A stretch of DNA of 64,000 nt, taken from positions 2,989,476 to 3,053,475 of the forward strand of contig JBJCIZ010000239.1 of NCBI GenBank assembly GCA_051294375.1. Reading direction: 5' to 3'. Source of the DNA: Paraspadella gotoi (lineage: Eukaryota; Animalia; Chaetognatha). The notes under the pieces were generated by a model that saw nothing but the letters and a program-made list of their open reading frames with translations, did no database searches and had not been told where the DNA came from. The position numbers were made by a program, and so were the translations under genes. Of the stretch, positions 38,255 through 51,262 are shown piece after piece (positions within the stretch are counted from its first letter, which is position 1; each line of letters opens with the position of its first letter).

Positions 38255-39330
38255 TCATGCCATCTCCCGAGCATCCTCGCTCAACATCGTCTTCAACTGC
38301 CTCTGGTGCGAGAGGCGCACGTCTCGCTCTTCCGTCCTCGAGTTCGTGGCCACCCGCGCCGCGTCTTCCTCATCCGGCGCTGCGGAGCCGGAGTCGGCGA
38401 CTATGGGGTTCGTCCGTCCGGCGACGATGGAGTCGGCGGCTGGACGGCCGAGGGCGTAAGGGAGGGAAACGATCTGATTGGTGGATCCGTTGGCGGCGGA
38501 CGCCGTTGATTCCGTGTCGACGTTGAGGTTGTCTCGATTGCAAATGTCGTTGACTTCAAACCGATCCCCGCCTACGTTGAAAAAGACGGTTGAAAGTTGA
38601 AAGTCTTTCAATCATTTATCTTTTATCTTTGATCATCTGTTTACGAAGTCCAAAAAAAATAACATCTACGCAACCCGAAAGTAGAGGCTTTCGTGAATAT
38701 GGAGAAAAGTGGCAATTAAAAATCTAGTTGTAAAGTAATATACTTTCAAAAATGATGTGGTGAAAGTAAAGAGATATGTTTTAATAGGATTCGGGAGTAG
38801 TAATAACTATAGACTCTATAGACTATATAGTATAGAGTAGTAAAAAAAATCAAGGTCATAATTTTCCGCAATGTCGATATGGGCAAAATTGTTTATTTTT
38901 AATTACCGTCATCGCTGTCGCTCTTTATTTCAAGATTTGAATTATAAATAAATATTAAATAATCAATTCGGCCGAAAGATGCAAAAAGAGTTGTACTAAA
39001 AAGGGTTACCTCGGTATACAAGAGTCGGTAGTCGTCGTCATTATAAAGTTTAAAGCCACAACTCTCTGAAAATTAAGAACCAAAAGTTTTTGACGACAAT
39101 ATTTTTCTGTGTTTATACATTGTATAATATACAATATATATAATATACATAATATATATAATGTAAATTATGTATAATGTATATTGTATAATGTATTAGA
39201 TAAAAATCGCACCTGTCACATTTCAATTCCTTTCACAATCTTACTCACTATATTCTCAACTGAATCTGTCCTCACCTCTGACCACTGTCCTTTCCATCAA
39301 ATCTTTGTTGGCTACTTTTAACTTTACCCC

Positions 39331-39362
<32 letters not shown>

Positions 39363-42300
39363 TTCCTAAATTTTCACAATCTCACATTTGTCAAACGTGC
39401 TGATGAAGGTCTGAATGAAAGACCGAAACATGTCCCAAATTAACTATTAAATTCGTTGTACAATACAAAATTTAAACTTACAACTTTGTAATCAAATATA
39501 ACCAAAATCAAATTAGTACCTTTTACAACGATCAGCAACTACTTTACCTAGTTTGTTGATGCAAGGTAGCAAGCATGTTATCGCGGTTGCCATAAGGAGA
39601 TGCCATAACGAATGGATAATAAAGTAATTATCCTTGGTGGCCTGCGTAAAGCAGACAATGCCGGCTATTCCGCAAACGGCGCCCGGCGTCATGTGTTTGA
39701 GCGAATAGTGTCTTCGAGGAAAGCATTTGCGCATTCGGTAACATCTGAATCGTGACACGATCGTATCAAAATGTTTTTTTCGATGATCAAGACAAAGCTC
39801 GAAATCATTTTTTTTTACTCTACCGATACGTCCAAGAAATGGCCAACACGGCGATTGATAGGCCCAGAGGAATGGCGATAGTCTGGAGCAGAAACCGATC
39901 GTAGAACGTTAACGCAGGCACGAGAATTGCTCCGATGATTACGATCGGGAGGCGAAGGCGAAGCGGCAGGTCGGCTTAAATTCAATGGGGAAAACCAAAA
40001 AGAGTTAACAATTTAGCATCCCATTATAAAAACGATTTTTTACTGGCAAAATAACTATGCGCTCACCGGCCGCTAATACTGTCACCCATAGCGCCAATAA
40101 GGCCGTCACGAAATCCATAAACTGCAGAAGGTTGTAAGAATCGCGCTCGTCGTTGGTGAAGAGACAAAACTCGTACAGTGGCTGGTCACAAGCGTGGTAA
40201 AAAGTCGAGAAGAAAAAAGTTCCTGCGTAACACACGCCTTCCAAGTAAAAGCGACGCCTGTAAAAGAATGCCAGTAGAAAATTTTGGATTTGCGAGTACA
40301 TCCACTGTATGGCAACAGCCGGGTTGCCTGTGATGCCCATTGGGATGGGGCATCTCACTGTTGGCTTTGGGGGCTTCCGACCCTCAGTGACGCCTCCAGT
40401 CACTGGCGCGGTTACCCTAGGACGGTCTCGCTTTGCCAACGCAGCGGGAAGTTGTTAGGACTGTGGATGGAACACTACGCCTGGGATGGTGTGTTCCCCC
40501 TCTGAGCCAATGGATTTGGCTGAAGGATGGTGGACGTGAGGCGGTGTGAATATACCGCCACAGGATCCCCGGGTCAAGACATCACTCAGGTTCCTCAAGC
40601 CTGAGAGGTGTCTGACAAGACTGTTACTATAGTGGGAGAGAGAGAGAGCGCGAGTTGTGGGGCCATAGGCGTTTGTCGTAGCGTACCCCAGGGGCATAGG
40701 CGTTTGTCGTAGCGTACCCGAAGTCGTCAGGGCATAGGCGTTTGTCGTAGCGTACCCTGAGGAGGTTGCGTGTTCGATAGTAGGGCTCACCACTTATGGC
40801 AACAGCCGGGTTGCCTGTGATGCCCATTGGGATGGGGCATCTCACTGTTGGCTTTGGGGGCTTCCGACCCTCAGTGACGCCTCCAGTCACTGGCGCGGTT
40901 ACCCTAGGACGGTCTCGCTTTGCCAACGCAGAGGGAAGTCGTTAGGACTGTGGATGGAACACTACGCCTAGGATGGTGTGTTCCCCCTCTGAGCCAATGG
41001 ATTTGGCTGAAGGATGGTGGACGTGAGGCGGTGTGAATATACCGCCACAACTGTTTATATTAAGGATATCGTACCTTACAGCAACAATAATGGAGACTAG
41101 AAAAGCAAGATTGGAGCCGACGAGAAAAACGAGGCTCAGCACAAAAGTCAGATGAGTCGGGGCGTCGGGCCCTAAACCGTTGCAACCGTAGCCGCGGTAG
41201 CCGAGAGAGTCGTGACAGATGCAGTAGGAGTATTGAACCTAAAAACAGACCAGACAAAATGCTTGCAAGGAAAGAGTAAAGACAGACAAAACTAAGATCT
41301 TTCTCACCTTTCCGTAATAGTTGATGGCGCACCGTCCATAGTCCCCGCATTTTTGATCGATGCACGCGTCGGAGGAAACGTTGAATTTGAGCAGAACGCC
41401 GGAGTAGATAGTGGGGGAGTTCTAAATGAAATTCAAAATCAACCCGAAGCCAATAATCATTATTAGATCCACAAAGGGTCTCGTTAAACTTACCCCAATA
41501 AATATCGGGGCGCATGGTTCGCTCACGCCCGTAGCGATATCATCGTCAACGATGGTAGAAATGTTAACACATTTGGAACGGAATTTGAAGTAGTATCTAA
41601 CAAAGGACGACAAAAAAATTGAGGAAAAGAACGCAAAGAGAGCAACTTTCTCGTTCCTCCGCCTTCTACTTACTTTCCGGCTTCGGGGTAAGGAATGTAT
41701 TTGACGACTTTTCTCTGGTCCTTCTTCCTCGAATCGAGAGTGAGAGCGAATCCTCTTTCGCACGACTCGTCGTCGTTGTCGAGAATGACGGAGTCTTTGG
41801 TGACGCAGACCCAGACGAATCGAGCCTGGGCCGCGCTTTCGGAGGTGACCACGATTTTAGTCGACCTAAGTCGAAACAACACAATTTTCTCGGTGAAGAA
41901 AAAAAACTGAAGCGATTGAATTTATTCGATTCCCGATGCGATTGCTTACTGGTAGAACTGGAGGCTGATTTTGAGCGTGCCACCAATGTCGTCACGGGGA
42001 GAAACGAAGGCCGAGTAGAAACTGATCTTGCCATCGTGCAACAAAACGCCAGGAATTCTGAGGAATGGAGACAATAAAAATAAGAAAATTGTCGGGGGAG
42101 TAATTTGTGGATTATTTCAAACGAGTCCCTCAATCTCATTCGCATATTGTCTATTATGCCGCTTTAGTAGTTTAATAATATTTCTATTAAGCGATAAGCA
42201 TTTTTAATTCTGTTATAACAAAAATATTAAATACTTATTCAATTACCAGGAAACAGGATAAGGAAAAACGAACCTGCTGCCCAAATTGCCGTAAAGCGGA

Positions 42301-44961
42301 TAGAAGGTGTACTCGTAATAGTTTTCCTTTTCGGTCTTGAAGAGTTCGTCGACGACGGAAGGGCAAAAGACGAAGCGCGTCTCCGCCTCAATCGTCGACG
42401 GTTCGGTGAAGTTGCTGGCGGAGGCGGCTGCAACGGCGGAGGAGTTGGCGAGGTCTTCGACGATAGACGCTTCCGCGGGGGGATCGAGAGCGCGGAAAAT
42501 GTGGAAGCAATCTCGGGACGTGGCCGCGAGGTGGAATGAAACGGTCGAGTTGTCGTCGTCTACATTGTACCAAAAAATTAATTTGTTACAATATTTTAAT
42601 TGATGAAAATTGTACTTGTGTAATTAAACGATCCTATTCTGGTGGTCCTATCACCACAGAAGCTGTTTCTTTCACAGCGCCTCAGTGGACTAATGCACAT
42701 CCAATGTGCGTCCCTGGTTCGAGCCCTGAGGTTGTCATGTAGAAAGTGGGATGGACCGGGTAACCCGCCTGTAGGCATGGGCCTACTGCCAGATCCAAAG
42801 CTCTGGACTACATGAACATGCTGTCTCGCTGTCGCACACGGTGACACCGCTGCGGTGTGGCGCCCTGTAAAACCAGCCTCTTCAATGGTGAGCCCGACGT
42901 GATCACGAACACGCAACCCAGGCATGATAATACCTCTGCCCTTGATGTGGTTTGAGCTACACAGCTGCCACTCAAAGCAAGGCCACCAGAATGAGAGAGG
43001 TTCAGCGGAGAGACATGCGCTTCATCCCCTGCTTCGTACTCTCATATGCGAGAGTCCTGGGGTGGCTGTCTGGTGGTCCTATCACCACAGATGGATTTAA
43101 GCTGTTTCTTTCACAGCGCCTCAGTGGCTCAGTGGACTAATGCACCATCCCAATGTGCGTCCCTGGTTCGAGCCCTGAGGTTGTCATGTAGAAAGTGGGA
43201 TGGACCGGGTAACCCGCCTGTAGGCATGGGCCTACTGCCAGATCCAAAGCTCTGGACTACATGAACATGCTGTCTCGCTGTCGCCACGAGGTGCACCGCG
43301 CGGTGTGGCGCCCTGTAAAACCAGCCTCTTCACTATCTCACTCTTCTCAAAATCCAGTTTTACTATTATCTTGGAAAGAAGTATATCGCTTAATTCATTT
43401 ATTCAATAAAAAATATACAAAACATGGGTAAAACATTCTCAATATTTGGTATGCCCTTCCTCGGCATTGATTATTGCTTACATTCATCTGGGTATGCTCT
43501 CATACAGCAAATCGAGGAATGACAGTGAAATATTTTTCCACATCTTTAATGCAATTCTTTTCAGCCTCGATGTTAATGTTGCGCATCTTTCCCTCCTTTT
43601 TAAAGGCTATAATAATATTTAAAAATGTGATATACTTTTTTCCTAGATTGTACGGATTCAGAATTACCTAATCTCGAGATATTCAAGTAATGCCAATGAC
43701 CCCTGGCTGGAAACTCATCGTCTAAAACGCAGTAGGTTTCGTTGCGTGAACCAGTGACGACCTCGGTCTCGTTGCACCTCACCTCTAATGGTAAGTCGTT
43801 GTAACCTGAAAAAAAAAATTGTCTAAGATCAAAGTTCGAAAGAATATCGCGGCTTCCAAGCAACCTCACCTATGGACGATGAATCCGTCGTGGCGTTAAA
43901 AAAATCCGCCGGATATGAGGGTAAGGAATAAGCGCGAGTGGAGAGGGAAAGAGGACAAAGGTAAGTCTCGTCTGCAGCGAGAGACGAAGTGTAAGACGTG
44001 GAGTTGAGGGAACAATTGATCACCGAAATACTGAAGGATATCACAGTCTAAAAAGGGGGGAAAAAAAAAGAAATGGAGAATAAAAAATTAACTTAACTAT
44101 TATACTATATATTTCTTATAGTTTATTCTCCCGTATAGTATATATTTACTCACCTCAGGGACGAAAAATTTAAAAAGGAGCGGGTCCTGACGAGGCTTCG
44201 CCTCCAGCGCGAGAGAGTCGGTGAGACTCCTCCTCAAAAAAATCTGCGGAATGTGTTTGAGAATTTTAAATTGGAGACCGACGATGAGATTAGTGCTGCA
44301 CCCAACCGACAATCCTTGTTGCTTGATCGATTTGTCGTTGTCGATGTAAAATCTGTTGACCAAAACGAAGGCTTTAATAAGTTCGATTGTGACGACGACA
44401 ACAACAACAACAAAAACTCGCGCCCTCGAGAAACTCACGCGATGAGGTACCACTCTCCGGGTTTCGGGTGAGTCACGTTCATGAAGACGTTCATCCCGTT
44501 GTTGGGGAGAAGAGCGCGATGCTGCGACTCGTAGCGTTGCAGATGGAAATTGTCGGGAAAGGTCTCGTTGAGAGCGTTGACCAATGGAATGGAGCCCGCC
44601 TTACAAAAATAAATCCAGTTCTTCGAATAGTTACGGATTTAATATTATACGAAGAGATCGAAACTAGTACCTGCAACCGAACATGGATTTTCCGTCGAGG
44701 AAGGCAGCGGTAAGGGATGGGCTTGGCTTTCATCATCCACGTTCCCACGGAAACGTCGTGAGGGACGCGATAAGAAGCGACCAACATCTTGCGATACGCT
44801 TGATAGGGTTGGATCCTTCCATGATTGTAGAGGGTAAAATCGCTGAGTTCTTCGATGGGCGAATCGAAAGTGTGGAATTTGCACTCGAGGCTTTCGAAGG
44901 ATACGAGTATCCAGAGGAAAATGAGGAAGGTCGAGGGACCCGTGAATGGCTCGTGAGCCAT
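38255..44961 (-). CDS. TMEM8/PGAP6 family (CREST superfamily) membrane protein
   Basis: Signal peptide, HPKPGEWY, EGF-like Cys exon, LVGSNLAF...FFFSTFYHACDQ...QFMDF...HSLWH CREST motifs. Confidence 0.88.
39397..39437 (+). ncRNA. Minimal hammerhead ribozyme motif in a Penelope-like repeat (about 39210-39480)
   Basis: CTGATGA-A-GGTCT-GAATGAA-AGACC-GAAAC-ATGTC; flanks homologous (inverted) to 32700-32900; weak stem I. Confidence 0.6.
40308..41049 (-). mobile_element. TRIM family A copy 2 (742 bp), in a TMEM8 intron
   Basis: Near-identical to 21470-22211 in opposite orientation; two LTRs; 4-bp TSD ACTG. Confidence 0.9.
42638..43332 (+). mobile_element. TRIM family B (LTRs 42638-42884 and 43067-43332) with tRNA-like A/B boxes in the LTR
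   Basis: Direct repeats ending CTTCA, 4-bp TSD CTAT, PBS TGGTGAGCCCGACGTGA at 42886, G-rich tract before the 3' LTR. Confidence 0.85.
43366..43650. mobile_element. MITE, same family as 57822-58381
   Basis: Degenerate TIR TATCT(A/T)GG...CCTAGAT and a shared ~160 bp core. Confidence 0.6.
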
Positions 44962-45195
44962 TACATTCTTTGCGAATGTTCGAATTTTGCTTTATGAATA
45001 AATAATTAAATATGCATGACTGAATAGAAAATTAAATTTAACAAAAAAAAAAAAGACTTTACTAAGACTAGAATGATTAGATGCACCGTTTTCCTCAACG
45101 GACAAGGAGCCGCACACTCTCAAAGCAATGGGAATCTCGCATTTTTTTATTTAATTCATGAAAAGATAATATAAATTGTTTATTATAAAAAATAT

Positions 45196-46911
45196 TGTCA
45201 GGAACAAACTTGTGGAATCTCGATTAAAGTTTTGTGGATATGCGTTTAAGGCTCCACGTACGATCGACGTCTTTTAACACGAAATCTGAACTTCATTAAT
45301 TACCATCTTTCTTGATCTCATTAGTTTAGTATGAAGCTTACTTCATTTAAAAAACGGTAGTCTCAAGTTATCTCCTTCTTATCACTTAGAACTTCCCAGG
45401 TAAATTTCTATGAGTTAAAAACACGTAAACATTGGTTTTCTTCAATGATGTTTATCTAATCTCATTAACTTCGTAATTTTAGATATAAGTATGTTCGAAT
45501 TTTTATGGTATAGATCATTTTAAAGATCGAATTCCTCATAAGAATCTTCACGTCTTTTACTTACATAAAAGTTTTTAGGTAAGACGCCACATTATCTGAT
45601 ACATTTTTTTTCTTCATACGCTTTCCCTGATTCTTTTTCTTCACTTCTTTTTTCTCTTCTTTATATTTTCCTCTTCCTCTTTCCTCCGCTTATTCTCAAT
45701 CTGTCATTACCATTTTTTGGCCCTACCTTTTTCTGCCATTCATGCACTTTCCTCACCTTTTTTTTCTTCCTTCTCCTTTCCTTCTTTTCCCCTCTTTTTC
45801 TTTCCAATTTTCCCCTCATTTCCTACCTTTTATTTGTCTCACTATTTTTTTCCCCATTTGCCTATTTTAGTTTTGCCTTTGGCCCCTATTTCATTTTCTC
45901 CCCTTCTCCTTTTCTTGTTTTCTCTTTCCTCTTCCCTCTCACTACGTTTACATTGAGCCATATCAAAGAAAATCTTTAATATGCATTATAAGAAAGGATA
46001 TTAAACGGTAACGGAGGTTTTTATTTCAATTTTGGTTGCCTAGCAAATTTAGTAAATCGACAAATTTGCGAAAATCTTTCGCAAATCTGTCGATTTTCAG
46101 AAAAAACAAGTCCTGACGCTTTCCATTGGGTTAAAAGGATGCGGTTTTTTTTGTTTTATCAACGTCAGTAAGTACCCATCTGTTAAAATTAATAAAAGAG
46201 TTAAAAATATTTTCTTTATCATAAATAAATGCAAGTCACAAAAAGTCACAAATTAAAATTTGTCTTTAAAAATTATTTGTGGCTAAACGAAAAGAGTTTT
46301 TTTGATAATTTTGTAGGTGTTAAAAGCTTATTCTGTGGACTGTATTTTCTGTTAGTTTAAGCCAATTTAAATTATTTTTGTTTAATAAATTATAATAAAA
46401 ACTAAAACTGCGACTTTTTGACTTGTCAACTTTAAAATTAATTCATAAGTGAACTATGAATGAATAAGGAAAATATTTTACTCAAGGGTGAAGAAGATAA
46501 GAAGAAAGGAATTCCAAAATAAAAAAATTTTCTCAACTTTCCTTGGCATTCAAATTTGAAGACGAAAGTGAAAATGGACAAAAATGGACATGATTTTTTT
46601 TTCTAAAAGTTGCAAAAATGTTACTCTTATATGATTAGAAATAGCTGGAGATGGTTTTAACCAATCCGTATTTTGCCTAATTTATATTATGGTGCAAATT
46701 AAATTAATTTTGTTAATAGTAACTGACAATACTGGAAAAGTAGTTTTTCTCTGAATGCGAGGATCGTAAGCAGAGGCTTAAACATTTGACGATTTAATTC
46801 ATTGATTAATAATTAAATAAAGATACATTGATAAATAAATTAAATCCACAAATGTTTATACGCATTACCTAAAAAGTTCAATCGAGATTCCACAAGAGTT
46901 GGTTCCTGACA
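45196..46911. mobile_element. TIR-bounded non-autonomous DNA element in the CMAS-TMEM8 spacer
   Basis: TGTCAGGAAC-AAACTTGTGGAATCTCGATT recurs inverted as AATCGAGATTCCACAAG-AGTTGGTTCCTGACA; TSD not evident. Confidence 0.65.
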
Positions 46912-47545
46912 CCTTTATATTTATAATGCAGGCCCCACATTTTTATATTATTTCATAAAGTCAATGACCTTTCAAGAAAAATTAATGGTTTCCGGTTTAA
47001 AAATAGGTATACCATTTATGAATTAATTTAATAAGGAGAAAAAGTACAAAAAATGAGTACATAAAATGAGTAAAATAATTTAAAAAAAATAAAAAACCCA
47101 AAAAAGTTTCATTTGTACGTATTTCAAATGAAAATACTGGCAAGCAAGCAAATCGCATGTTTTAAATGGGCTTAATCATAGTCAAATAAAACGAACGATA
47201 TTAATCTCATGGGCAATAATAACTGTTTGGATTGAAAAATTAGCCGCAAAATCAAAACACTTCTCGAAATCTTAGGAGTATTAAAAACTCGATAAAAACA
47301 TCAAGTCTATTTAAAACTAGTTTAAAAATCTCAAAATACGTCTACGAATTAACGTATACATGATGAATGATGAATCATCATTGATAATTGATGAATTTCT
47401 TTTAAAAACAATTGAAACGGGGAAAAATAATAATAAAGAAACCGAGATAAGAACATACACTGGTAATAAATAGTGGACAATCGCAAAAGCGATTCGTAAA
47501 AGTAATTAACAATCGCCCAAATTCCCGGCTCAAAAAACAAAGGAA

Positions 47546-49370
<1,825 letters not shown>

Positions 49371-49723
49371 TTAAAACTTTAAACGGGAAGAAAATATTGT
49401 AGGTCAAAGTAGTCAAAGTCAATATGACTTTACTAGTCGATTATCTAGCAAACAATTTAAAAGAAAATTTACTATTTTCCAGTGTATCAATGATTTTGTC
49501 GCCACAAAACATTAACTAAGATCTCTTCATACAGCGTGACTATTTTCACGTAAATAAATCGAATGTAAAATGTAAAACAAAATCAAAAACATTACGCGAA
49601 TAGCATAAATATCACGATTAATCAACATAACAGTGGAATAATTTTAGCTGCTCGATCTGGGAACGTCTCTAATCTATATGAACAATATTAAGGGTTTTTT
49701 TTTCAATGACGGATGGCTCAATT

Positions 49724-50659
49724 CTAAGCGGTTGTTGAAACATATTGTTGCAGGGCTTTTAATGCCTTTTCCGAGGCTTTTCTCAGCGCCAAATTTTTGG
49801 AGTGGGCCTCTTCGCGACCAAGATACACGCAGTTGACATCAATTCTACAGGTGAAGGTTTCCTTAGTTAGACTGTAGGCGACGTCAAAAAGCACCGACCA
49901 ACCCTGGCGTTGACAAAAGCTCTTTAGAGTGTCTACGGGATGATTTTGACTCTCTAAAACTTGTTCCAAGTAAGCCCAAGGCTCTGACTTTCGTTTCTTG
50001 GGATTTTCTGACAAAACGCATTTTCTACCGAAAGAGTCGAAAATGACTGTGGAAGGCGCCTTGGTATCGAATTCTTCCAAGTCGTCGACGTCCTTGTCGA
50101 GCAACATCATGAGCGCCTTGAGCGCGGCGTCGCTCTTGGCTCGTTTCTTGGTTTTACCCCGACCCCGTGGATAATCCACGCCATCGATTCTAGCGACGAA
50201 GGCGTAAGAGAGAGAGCATCGAGAATCCAAGGCGGAACCGACTTCGATGAACGTTAATCGTTTCCGGATAATTCGGCAAAATTCAGTCAGACGAGAAATT
50301 GGATTGCGATTTTCGTTGAAGAACTTGTTGGCCAGAGTTTCCTTGTCGTTAATTCCTAAATAGGAATCGGATTCGGCGTCTTCGACCGAGGTCGTGCTGG
50401 ACAAGCTCGGAAGGGCTCCTTCATCCTCGAGTTTTATTCTTTTCTTGGGACTTCTAACGCTCAGAATCTCAAAGGCGTCGATGAGATTATTCAATAACTT
50501 ATCGGACTGATTTTCGACGACTTCTTCAAAAGGACAATAATTGGCGAAAGGATCTCGGTTGGGAACCATTTGTCGATCCGGATCCATTGGACAGTAGTTG
50601 CCGGCTACACTATCTTCAGGCCTCTTTTTCGATATGATAATGACCTGGCGACGCTCCAT
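49724..50659 (-). CDS. Intronless protein with two double-stranded RNA-binding domains, 311 aa
   Basis: NPISRLTEFC...YPRGRGKTKKRAKSDAALKAL and HPVDTLKSFCQ...AHSKNLALRKASEKALKAL; no catalytic domain seen. Confidence 0.8.
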   Translation of the reverse strand: MERRQVIIISKKRPEDSVAGNYCPMDPDRQMVPNRDPFANYCPFEEVVENQSDKLLNNLIDAFEILSVRSPKKRIKLEDEGALPSLSSTTSVEDAESDSYLGINDKETLANKFFNENRNPISRLTEFCRIIRKRLTFIEVGSALDSRCSLSYAFVARIDGVDYPRGRGKTKKRAKSDAALKALMMLLDKDVDDLEEFDTKAPSTVIFDSFGRKCVLSENPKKRKSEPWAYLEQVLESQNHPVDTLKSFCQRQGWSVLFDVAYSLTKETFTCRIDVNCVYLGREEAHSKNLALRKASEKALKALQQYVSTTA

Positions 50660-51262
50660 GGCGAGACTAGAAAAAAATAACTGTTACGAGTGAGGAGTTT
50701 GAGGATTTTTTTTATGTTTTTTTTTTCCTTCGTCAGCTCAATAACTGGCTATCTGTATTATACTTCATTCCATAAGTTATAATTCTCTCACACCTGTACT
50801 ATGTATCGCTACAAAACGTACTTTCACAAACACTGCCTCACATCTATTATATTATATAATATAATTAAAAATGATCTTTACAAACATTTTTTTTAATATG
50901 TAAATTACTAAAAAGACTAAAAATGTAAAAATGTAAAACAAATAAATAATAAAATAATGCAATTTCGATGACATCAAAAATGAGTGTTATTATTATCAAT
51001 TGAGAAAGGACGTTTACAAATTATATTTCCTATAAGTATTACTACAAATTATTAACGAAAATGTGGAATAACCAAATCCATATTCCAATATAGTGAATTT
51101 GAGCGAAGTACTTTATTTAGACTGTAATTCTCATTAACAAATAAATATAATAAATTAAAGCAATTGTGAGGTGAGGTAATTGAGATAAAAGACTAGAAAA
51201 AAGTTTCAATAGAATACTGTTTGGGTGTGAATAATTCTCATTGGATGACGTGATAGGCTGCA

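Noticed and set aside
44355-44452. Apparent in-frame TGA at a TMEM8 splice junction (selenocysteine/readthrough)
   Set aside because: Using the GTGAGT donor 12 nt further on gives GEWYLIAFY with no stop
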